A program made the translations under genes and the position numbers. A DNA stretch of 6,483 nt from Candidatus Heimdallarchaeota archaeon B3_Heim. Its GTDB lineage: Archaea > Asgardarchaeota > Heimdallarchaeia > Hodarchaeales > Hodarchaeaceae. Shown here one piece after another: positions 1 to 6,316 of the stretch (positions are counted from its first letter, which is position 1; each line of letters begins with the position of its first letter). The notes under the pieces are model-generated. The model searched no databases and had not been told where the DNA came from. It was given only the letters and a program-made list of their open reading frames with translations. The stretch is taken from the NCBI GenBank assembly GCA_003144275.1, contig NJBF01000094.1, forward strand, positions 1 to 6,483. Direction: 5' to 3'.

Positions 1-83
1 TCTTTACGTAGATTTTTGAAGTGATCTACCAAATTCGGAGGGATTTGTTTTTCTATCCACGGTTCTAGTTCTATACACACCAT
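1..83 (-). CDS. Possible 5' end of a gene running off the left edge (MVCIELEPWIEKQIPPNLVDHFKNLRK...)
   Basis: Not in the ORF track. ATG at 83 on the minus strand, open to the window edge. A TATA-like CTTATAAG at 107-114 is at leaderless-promoter distance. Only 27 codons are visible. Confidence 0.3.
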   Translation of the reverse strand, partial: MVCIELEPWIEKQIPPNLVDHFKNLRK

Positions 84-202
84 GTTTTTTCCACATAGAT
101 TTTAATCTTATAAGTAAATGTCTAAATTCCCAAGAATTAGACTCTTTTGATCTACAAGTTTGTTCAAAAATATATTTCAGTTTTCCTAACATCGTACTCT
201 GT

Positions 203-238
203 CGTAAAAAGCTGGTATAGATAGGAAAAGTATATACC
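203..238 (+). repeat. 36-bp repeat, copy 1
   Basis: cgtaaaaagctggtatagataggaaaagtatatacc; 32/36 to consensus. Confidence 0.9.
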
Positions 239-324
239 AATCGAGAAGAATGTTTATTTCGAATAATAACGTTGAAAAAATACTTCTAAGATAAAAAAAT
301 TTTCCTACGGTAAAGGAAAAATTC

Positions 325-1233
325 ATGGAGAAAAAGATCATGACTCAAACTAAACCTATTTTAGTAACAGGAGCTAGTTCAGGTATTGGGAAACTGGTCA
401 CAGAAGTTTTGTCCCAGAAAGGCCATCTAGTTTATGCCTGTGCACGGAAAAAAGTCGATATTACGATGCTGAATAAGATGGAAAATGTCACATCATTCCA
501 ATTAGATGTCACAAACCCATTAGACGTTCAAGAAGTCGTTACTCGCGTGAAGCAGGAAGGGAAAGGGTTGTTTGGACTTGTAAATAACGCTGGTGTTGGT
601 GATAGTTGGCCAATCCTAGCAACTAGTGAAGAAATGTTGCATCGTGTTTTCAATGTAAACGTTTATGGTCACCTCCGTGTAACTAACGCATTAATTTCCT
701 TTTTAATTGAATCCCAAGGTCGAATCGTTAATATAAGCTCTGTATCGGGACTTATAACACCTACTTTTCTCGGTACATACAGTATGAGCAAACACGCACT
801 TGAAGCTTGGTCAAATGCTTTATCACTGGAATTGGAAAATTATAATGTCAAGGTTAGCATAATTGAACCTGGAAATTACAAATCAAATATAGTAAACGCA
901 GCAGTTCCAGTTCTGCTTAAACGATTCCAAGAAACTACAACCAACTTGTTTCAAAAGGAAATTGAATCAATTTTGTCTCAAGATGAAGAAGCGATAAATA
1001 GGAGGGAAAAACTACCATCTCCTGTTGAAGTGGTCGACGCTGTTTTAGATGCATTATTCAATGAGCATCCAAAGCCAAGATATTTAGTTATTTCTCAATT
1101 AGAGACCGATTTGTTTTTATCGGTTCTCAAATACCAATTCGTTAAGATTTCACAGCTTTTTAAAGATAATACTCATGAATTTACCTTAAAGGATTTACGC
1201 AATTTATTAGATGAGGTAATTAATGAGAATTAA
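325..1233 (+). CDS. Classical short-chain dehydrogenase/reductase (SDR), probably NADP(H)-preferring. Start may be 340.
   Basis: TGASSGIG Rossmann motif, NNAG, IVNISS and catalytic YSMSK (YxxxK). Basic residues ARKK follow beta-2. GGAG at 327-330 could serve the ATG at 340. Confidence 0.95.
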   Translation: MEKKIMTQTKPILVTGASSGIGKLVTEVLSQKGHLVYACARKKVDITMLNKMENVTSFQLDVTNPLDVQEVVTRVKQEGKGLFGLVNNAGVGDSWPILATSEEMLHRVFNVNVYGHLRVTNALISFLIESQGRIVNISSVSGLITPTFLGTYSMSKHALEAWSNALSLELENYNVKVSIIEPGNYKSNIVNAAVPVLLKRFQETTTNLFQKEIESILSQDEEAINRREKLPSPVEVVDAVLDALFNEHPKPRYLVISQLETDLFLSVLKYQFVKISQLFKDNTHEFTLKDLRNLLDEVINEN

Positions 1234-1287
1234 GGGGAATTGTATTACTAAATTAATTCGGAGTACTGACCCTTCCTCGTACACTGT

Positions 1288-1323
1288 CGTCCATGGCTGG
1301 TTTAGATTACAGAAGTATATACC
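1288..1323 (+). repeat. 36-bp repeat, copy 2
   Basis: cgtccatggctggtttagattacagaagtatatacc; 31/36 to consensus. Its 5' flank matches that of copy 1 (tcgtacWctgtcgt, 13/14). Confidence 0.9.
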
Positions 1324-1341
1324 TCGGTATATACCATATTC

Positions 1342-1350
1342 TTTTTTTTT
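1342..1350 (+). terminator. Oligo-T tract (T9), possible archaeal-type intrinsic terminator
   Basis: A run of 9 T downstream of the SDR gene and copy 2. A similar T6 run (3660-3665) precedes copy 5. Confidence 0.35.
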
Positions 1351-1360
1351 CTGCCAACTC

Positions 1361-1373
1361 CGTAAAAGGCTGG
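1361..1373 (+). repeat. Left half of the repeat only (copy 3)
   Basis: cgtaaaaggctgg is a 13/13 match to consensus positions 1-13, after which similarity collapses. The preceding ccaactc is identical to the flank of copy 5. Confidence 0.8.
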
Positions 1374-1394
1374 ATTAACACAAACAATTGGTTC

Positions 1395-2516
1395 CTATGT
1401 CTTCTTATATCTACATAAAAATACCACAAGAGTGGTAAAGAACAGTACTATTATGAAAACACTAGGGAAGGAACTCGGAGCTGCCTCGTACGCCGTTGAG
1501 ATCGTGGTTGTAAAAGTTTTTGGAGTGGTTTCCTCTGTTGTTGTATTGGGGGTTGAACTAGAAGTTGTGGTAGAAGTTATAGGTTCTGTGGAAGATGGAA
1601 TAGTGGTAGTTATCGATGGACTGGTTGTCAGCGGGGTAGTCGTCGTTGTGATTATCGTGACTGGGATTGGTGGGAGTACAGGAGAACCGGTAGTGGCCTC
1701 ATTCGTACCATCATTTGCATAGAAACGGTAGTTAATATTGCAGCCATCCGTACAGAACAAGAGCAGACTTTTGGTAAAGAATCTGCCAGCTGTGTAATCA
1801 GCGCTACCGCCATATTCTGTCATCCCATATTTTTCACTGCTGTTATAGGCGCTATTATTGTCTACATCGATCCATAACTGGATCTGAGCTGGCGCATCAT
1901 TATCAGTATCCTTATACTCCACCCTGAATTCGAAAGTGGTACCGCTGACGGCACTATCGGGATTTACTCCGTCTAAAGAATAATTTACTTCTCCGGTCCA
2001 ATCAAGTGTTGGTGCACTGCCGGATCCCGAACTGCTATCAAAGACGTAAACAGAACTGTTGTCTGTGGGTACCCCGGTGATACTCACGCCGTCGCTTACT
2101 GCATAAAACCTGTAATGTTTGACGTTGCCGTTTGTATTAGTGAGAACCCTATTGAAGGTGTAGAGTTTACCGTCATAGTAGGTTTCGTCACTGATGTTGA
2201 CCGCGTTCATCAGGAGTTTCTCGCCAGGTTCGTAGCCATCATCGTCATCATCAATCCAGACTTGAACAGTTGACGGCTCGATATTGTTACTATCGGTGTA
2301 ATTGACTCGGAACATGAAATTGGTACCAGTAACTGCGCTATCTGGATTTGCACCATCGGCTACAAAGTTATTCTCGCCTGTCCAAGTAAGGATCGGATCC
2401 TGGGACAAATTCACCGAAACGATAGACAAATAGGACAAGTTTCCTATAAAAATGGCTAATACCACCAAAGTGGTAATAATTAAGGTGAATTTCTTACTAT
2501 TTTTTCTTGAATCCAT
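1395..2516 (-). CDS. Secreted/cell-surface protein: N-terminal signal or TM segment, two tandem beta-rich (Ig-like, inferred) domains, Thr/Ser-rich stalk, C-terminal TM anchor with basic tail
   Basis: Basic N-terminus followed by a hydrophobic stretch (aa ~10-34). Internal duplication: PILTWTGENNFVADGANPDSAVTGTNFMFRVNY vs PTLDWTGEVNYSLDGVNPDSAVSGTTFEFRVEY, and YRFYAVSDG vs YRFYANDG. T/S/P-rich aa ~287-341. Ends with VFIIVLFFTTLVVFLC-RYKKT. Nine N-x-S/T sequons. Confidence 0.9.
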   Translation of the reverse strand: MDSRKNSKKFTLIITTLVVLAIFIGNLSYLSIVSVNLSQDPILTWTGENNFVADGANPDSAVTGTNFMFRVNYTDSNNIEPSTVQVWIDDDDDGYEPGEKLLMNAVNISDETYYDGKLYTFNRVLTNTNGNVKHYRFYAVSDGVSITGVPTDNSSVYVFDSSSGSGSAPTLDWTGEVNYSLDGVNPDSAVSGTTFEFRVEYKDTDNDAPAQIQLWIDVDNNSAYNSSEKYGMTEYGGSADYTAGRFFTKSLLLFCTDGCNINYRFYANDGTNEATTGSPVLPPIPVTIITTTTTPLTTSPSITTTIPSSTEPITSTTTSSSTPNTTTEETTPKTFTTTISTAYEAAPSSFPSVFIIVLFFTTLVVFLCRYKKT

Positions 2517-2560
2517 TCGCAGACCCTGTAATAATTGGTTGCAGTTCAGATGAGGTACGT

Positions 2561-2576
2561 TACATATAAGCTTTTT
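2561..2576 (-). promoter_or_regulatory. BRE/TATA-like promoter of the surface-protein gene
   Basis: Minus strand reads AAAAAGCTTATATGTA, 45-60 bp upstream of the ATG at 2516. Confidence 0.55.
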
Positions 2577-2712
2577 GAGGTAGACCGAAAAAAATAAAAT
2601 AAAATTCTCAAAATCACCAGTAATTACGTAAGATTCATGCTACACAGGATAGGGGAATTAGTGTCATTCCTGAGTAAGTTTTGATATTGAATACAAATGG
2701 TGTCTCAAACAT

Positions 2713-2748
2713 CGTAAAAGGCTGGTTTAGATTAGAAAAGGATATATC
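2713..2748 (+). repeat. 36-bp repeat, copy 4
   Basis: cgtaaaaggctggtttagattagaaaaggatatatc; 35/36. Confidence 0.95.
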
Positions 2749-2821
2749 AGAATCTATTCTCTTTCTAAAAGAACTGGTTAATGATCTAGCTTCCTTTCTA
2801 GGTACATTATGAGAATGGGAA

Positions 2822-2856
2822 TTATATCCTAAGATGGTAAGATTTTTATATCCTAA
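2822..2856 (+). promoter_or_regulatory. Promoter of TA pair 1 with an 11-bp direct repeat (possible autoregulatory operator)
   Basis: TTATATCCTAA at 2822-2832 and 2846-2856. The second copy overlaps TTTATA (2845-2850), about 30 bp before the ATG at 2879. Confidence 0.45.
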
Positions 2857-2878
2857 TCCCCTATAGTTCATGAATGAT

Positions 2879-3148
2879 ATGAAAGGCATAAAAGTGTATA
2901 TTGATCCGAAAATTGAAGAAGAATTTCGAAAAACCGCCATGAAAATATTTGGTTATGGAAAAGGGTCTTTGAGTAAAGCAGCAGAACAAGCTTTCAAGAA
3001 ATGGATTCAAGAATATTCGAGTAACTTAGAAACAATAAGTATTCCAGAAGATCCAATCTATGAAATCAGAGGACAGCTTGAAGGGATAACTCTTACATCT
3101 GTAGAACTCCAACATAAAGCAAGGGAATATCGTGTTGGAAATCCATAG
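2879..3148 (+). CDS. Putative antitoxin of pair 1 (ribbon-helix-helix-like N-terminus). ORF track start is 2870; 2879 is preferred.
   Basis: 89 aa. Beta-strand-like MKGIKVYID followed by two predicted helices (EEEFRKTAMKIF; SLSKAAEQAFKKWI). Lies directly upstream of a PIN gene. The TATA spacing fits a start at 2879. Confidence 0.8.
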   Translation: MKGIKVYIDPKIEEEFRKTAMKIFGYGKGSLSKAAEQAFKKWIQEYSSNLETISIPEDPIYEIRGQLEGITLTSVELQHKAREYRVGNP

Positions 3149-3164
3149 GTAGTAGTGAGTAACA

Positions 3165-3566
3165 ATGTTAATTGATACAAATATATTCTTAGAAGTTCAA
3201 CTCAATCAAGAAAAAGCACAACAGGCATCGGAAATATTAGAAGCTGTTTTTAAAAATATCATCCATGCTTATATCACTGATTTTACCATTGATTCAATTG
3301 CAATTATTATGGAGCATTATAATAAATCATCAGCTGAAATAAAACGATTCCTTGTCTCATTACTTGCTTATGAAGGGTTGGAGTTCTACAAGCTATCTAT
3401 TTTTGATAAAATTGAAGCAACAGAGCATATGAGCTCACTACAACTAGATTTTGATGATGCCTGCATGTACCAAGCCATGCAGGTATTAAAAATAACTACA
3501 ATCGCTTCCTTTGATAAGGATTTTGACAAAATTCCTAGTATTAAGCGGTTAGTGTCATTACCATAG
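3165..3566 (+). CDS. vapC: PIN-domain VapC-family ribonuclease toxin (pair 1)
   Basis: MLIDTNIF at the N-terminus, LDFDDA, and SFDKDFD acidic motifs; 133 aa. Confidence 0.9.
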   Translation: MLIDTNIFLEVQLNQEKAQQASEILEAVFKNIIHAYITDFTIDSIAIIMEHYNKSSAEIKRFLVSLLAYEGLEFYKLSIFDKIEATEHMSSLQLDFDDACMYQAMQVLKITTIASFDKDFDKIPSIKRLVSLP

Positions 3567-3674
3567 ATTCCATTCCCCTTTTGTTAAGATCATCCATGTC
3601 CGTCTGACTACGAAAGTATTTGCCTAAGTTAATATCTAGAATCTATGTATGATAATTAGTTTTTTCCCCAACTC

Positions 3675-3710
3675 CGTCAATGGCTGGTTTAGATTAGAAA
3701 AGGATATACC
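3675..3710 (+). repeat. 36-bp repeat, copy 5
   Basis: cgtcaatggctggtttagattagaaaaggatatacc; 34/36. Confidence 0.95.
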
Positions 3711-3728
3711 ATAACGAATGAAAAATTA

Positions 3729-4238
3729 CTAATTACTTGGAGCTTTATAGTTTACACCGAAGAGTACAGTAATAGCTGGAGCCAATACCCAGAAAAATCC
3801 TTCCAAGTATTGATCAACTAAGTTACCTGGGATATTTGGATCCAGAGTGATAACTTCAGAATACCCTTGGATAAGACTCCACAAAATATATCCTGTGATC
3901 ATTGCGAATGAAGAAATAAACCAAAGATTCACAAAGAAGAGTGAGCGAATCGGGATTTTTGCTCCTTCCCTAAGTTGTTGTGTTGATCCGTAATTAACAA
4001 AAATACACACAAGAAACCAACCAATTGCAAATACAAACCAAGTCAGGCGTGGAGTGGATGTCAAACTATCGAGGGAAAATACACCAAAGCCCCATTTTTT
4101 AGGAAAAATTACAATGGCAGAGAAAATTCCAGAAAAGAAATCAATTGCATAATCAGAGACAACTAATAAAGAAAAATATCCTATCATCACATAAATGAAT
4201 GTCCAAAAATATACAATTCTTTTCTCTAACGCTTTCAT
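3729..4238 (-). CDS. Hypothetical integral membrane protein (about 4-5 TM segments)
   Basis: 169 aa with several long F/W/I/L-rich hydrophobic stretches. It fills the interval between copies 5 and 6. I recognise no family motif. Confidence 0.75.
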   Translation of the reverse strand: MKALEKRIVYFWTFIYVMIGYFSLLVVSDYAIDFFSGIFSAIVIFPKKWGFGVFSLDSLTSTPRLTWFVFAIGWFLVCIFVNYGSTQQLREGAKIPIRSLFFVNLWFISSFAMITGYILWSLIQGYSEVITLDPNIPGNLVDQYLEGFFWVLAPAITVLFGVNYKAPSN

Positions 4239-4321
4239 TTTTCTCTTTCCGATGAAGAATCGATTTTTTTGGCCCTATACTTAGAATATTAAATATTGTA
4301 TCACGGCAAAATTGTAAACTT

Positions 4322-4357
4322 CATCAAAGGCTGGCTTAGGTTACAAAAGTATATACC
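4322..4357 (+). repeat. 36-bp repeat, copy 6
   Basis: catcaaaggctggcttaggttacaaaagtatatacc; 31/36. Confidence 0.9.
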
Positions 4358-4401
4358 TTGGTAAACATAATAATTTGAAATCAGAATTTACATTTACTGA
4401 T

Positions 4402-4824
4402 TCAGATTTTCAAGATATTAACTAACCCATCAAATTCAGTATCAAAAGTAACAAGATTCTCGACTTTCTCTAATTCCATAAAGGCTAAAACTGTACAATC
4501 AGTAAAGCTGAGAGGTTTTTTTGGCCATTCTGCTATTTGTTCCCATTTTTGCCAAGAAAGGCTGAAATGTTGATCAGTGATCTTCTTAAATTGAACAAAT
4601 TCAGGTTTTTTACAAATAATGCTGTATGCATTAATAACGAAGTCTTTTCTATGAGTATGGCCCCAAATGGTGGTTAGAACCTCATCAACAATATAATCAG
4701 TTGTAACAAGAGCACCATATTGATTGTTTCTCAGAATACTCAAGATTTTCTTTGCATCTACATGTTTCTCATCACGATTATTCAAAAGAGCTACAAAAAA
4801 GCAGCTGTCCATAAAAGTTAACAT
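4402..4824 (-). CDS. vapC: PIN-domain VapC-family toxin (pair 2). Start revised to 4824 (140 aa).
   Basis: MLTFMDSCFFVALL, DYIVDEVLT, LSFTDC and TFDTEFD motifs. GAGAGGT RBS overlaps the antitoxin stop just upstream of ATG 4824, so the track's extension to 4896 is unlikely. Confidence 0.9.
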   Translation of the reverse strand: MLTFMDSCFFVALLNNRDEKHVDAKKILSILRNNQYGALVTTDYIVDEVLTTIWGHTHRKDFVINAYSIICKKPEFVQFKKITDQHFSLSWQKWEQIAEWPKKPLSFTDCTVLAFMELEKVENLVTFDTEFDGLVNILKI

Positions 4825-4831
4825 GATAATC

Positions 4832-5125
4832 TTACCTCTCCAGGTCATAGGTAATTTTGTTAATTTGAGATGATAATTTTTCTGTTCCTTCGCCAAAATC
4901 AGTAGCTATAGCTAAAACAGATTCGATTATACTATCAGTCAGGGATGATTTATCCTGTTGAATTTCAAGAATAAGTTGATCATAGTTATTCGCTCCAATT
5001 CTAAATGCTAGCTCTAAAATGTCTTTTTTACTTAGTTTCTTTTTGGTATCAAGATAAATTCTTGCCTGTAATTCCTCTAAATCTTCCTGGAGATCAAATT
5101 TCACAGTCGACACTGAGAACACCAA
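4832..5125 (-). CDS. Putative antitoxin of pair 2. Start uncertain (TTG 5125, GTG 5122 or GTG 5113).
   Basis: Small protein (STVKFD...LEELQARIYL..KKKLSKKDILELAF) whose stop lies 7 bp before the PIN start. A TATA-like TTTAAAAA sits on the minus strand at 5146-5153. Confidence 0.75.
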   Translation of the reverse strand: MVFSVSTVKFDLQEDLEELQARIYLDTKKKLSKKDILELAFRIGANNYDQLILEIQQDKSSLTDSIIESVLAIATDFGEGTEKLSSQINKITYDLER

Positions 5126-5245
5126 GTAACCCAGAACACTGAATATTTTTAAATCTTTATATGTACCCTAATTTTAGAAAAAGTGGTTCAATTTACAAAA
5201 GTTCATACTCGGCATATAATCAGATCTTAATAATTGTCCGAACTT

Positions 5246-5281
5246 CGTAAAAGGCTGGTTTAGATTGGAAAAGTATAAATT
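5246..5281 (+). repeat. 36-bp repeat, copy 7
   Basis: cgtaaaaggctggtttagattggaaaagtataaatt; 32/36. Confidence 0.9.
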
Positions 5282-5505
5282 ACTTAACAAATAAAAAATC
5301 ATATTTTAAAAATGATATAATCTTATCAAAAACTCCATTGAGTATGCAATTCATTAAAACAACTTTTTCACATTCTATATTAACACATATATAGACGTTC
5401 TGATCTTTTACTATTTTCAATAGAAGGAGATTAAACATCAACACGGGTGTAAGTAATTCTAATTGCAGTTTTTACTCTGAGGTAAAAAAAAACCTTTATA
5501 GAAAA

Positions 5506-5538
5506 TTTTAAGTACTATTGTAGCTATAGTTGCTATAG
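5506..5538 (+). promoter_or_regulatory. Promoter/operator of TA pair 3
   Basis: TATA-like TTTTAAGTA (5506-5514) is followed by three hexamers at 9-bp period: CTATTG (5515), CTATAG (5524), CTATAG (5533). Confidence 0.45.
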
Positions 5539-5551
5539 GAAGAAACCAAAT

Positions 5552-5794
5552 ATGGTAACTACAATTCAATTGAAAGAACCTACCAAGCTAGCGCTTTTTG
5601 AAGTAAAGAATCACCTAGAAAATGTGTTTGGTCGTTCAATGAGTTACGATGAAGTAATAGAATATTTAGTTAAAACGAGTCAGGTTGATATTCCATTTTC
5701 ACGTACAGTAAGGAAATTCCGTGGAGTTTTAGGCGCTGAAGGAAGACAGATATATGAAAAAATGCGTCAGGAAGAACTCTTAAATGAAAAATAA
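5552..5794 (+). CDS. Putative antitoxin of pair 3 (RHH-like, archaeal VapB type)
   Basis: 80 aa. MVTTIQL strand, helix, then SYDEVIEYLV helix, a pattern common in archaeal antitoxins. Overlaps the PIN gene by 11 bp. Confidence 0.8.
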   Translation: MVTTIQLKEPTKLALFEVKNHLENVFGRSMSYDEVIEYLVKTSQVDIPFSRTVRKFRGVLGAEGRQIYEKMRQEELLNEK

Positions 5795-6263
5795 TAGTGA
5801 GGATGCTCAAATAAAAGCTGCAACATTAGATACAGGGGTATTGATTGAATATCTCTCATTAGACAAAGAAAAACCAAAAGAAAATATGTTCCTTAAACAT
5901 CTCGAAGAAATATTGCTCGAAACTGACAAATATCGTATTCTTTATATTCCTTCAATAGTGAAATCAGAGCTGCTGTATATTACTTGCAGACTGAAAGGGT
6001 GGGAGGAAGCAAAAACGACAATAGACGACTTCTTAACCAATTTTGTTATTTTACGAGTACCAGACTTGGATGGAATAGCTGCACGAATTAAATGCAAAGT
6101 CCCAATTGCATTAGCTGATTGTTACACTCTTGCAATAGGAAAATTCTTATCAACTCCAACGTATTTTATTAACGAAATCGAATTATCGAAAAAAGTCCAA
6201 AAAATAATATCCGAAGAGTTTATGATCGATCTAAGGATCATAGAAAGGCCAGCAACGGATTAA
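5784..6263 (+). CDS. vapC: PIN-domain VapC-like toxin (pair 3)
   Basis: LDTGVLIEYL, KSELLY and IALADCYTLA motifs. The final acidic motif reads NEIE rather than DxD. Confidence 0.85.
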   Translation: MKNNSEDAQIKAATLDTGVLIEYLSLDKEKPKENMFLKHLEEILLETDKYRILYIPSIVKSELLYITCRLKGWEEAKTTIDDFLTNFVILRVPDLDGIAARIKCKVPIALADCYTLAIGKFLSTPTYFINEIELSKKVQKIISEEFMIDLRIIERPATD

Positions 6264-6316
6264 TATTATGCAAGCAGAAGCATCATTTAGGAGAATAGAT
6301 TTACATTCAGTTGTGT

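Noticed and set aside
4-240. 78-aa minus-strand ORF from the track
   Set aside because: It starts inside repeat copy 1, has no recognisable motif, and a different frame starting at 83 has better promoter spacing.
1432-1722. 96-aa Val-rich plus-strand ORF
   Set aside because: It is the antisense shadow of the Thr-rich stalk (ACN codons read as GTN on the opposite strand).
2544-2560. Possible decayed right half of the repeat (gttcagatgaggtacgt, 12/17) complementing the half-site at 1361
   Set aside because: The match was chosen after the fact in AT-rich DNA and is not clearly beyond chance. It is worth rechecking only with a profile built from more copies.
2713-2748. Xer dif/pdif site
   Set aside because: There are no inverted ATAA-N6-TTAT arms, and the copies do not alternate in orientation.
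2635-2940. 101-aa minus-strand ORF
   Set aside because: It is antisense to the antitoxin and its promoter and runs through repeat copy 4.
3666-3710. Integron attC site (AAC upstream of several copies, GTTTAGAT inside)
   Set aside because: The putative R'' (e.g. CCCCAAC) is not complementary to GTTTAGA, the span is too short, and no extended hairpin can be formed.
4825-4896. N-terminal extension of toxin 2 in the ORF track
   Set aside because: It overlaps the antitoxin by 65 bp. The PIN motif and RBS indicate a start at 4824.
5463-5484. ttgcagtt...tgaggta shared with 2539-2557
   Set aside because: Two short blocks with different spacing and different positions relative to their promoters; probably coincidental.
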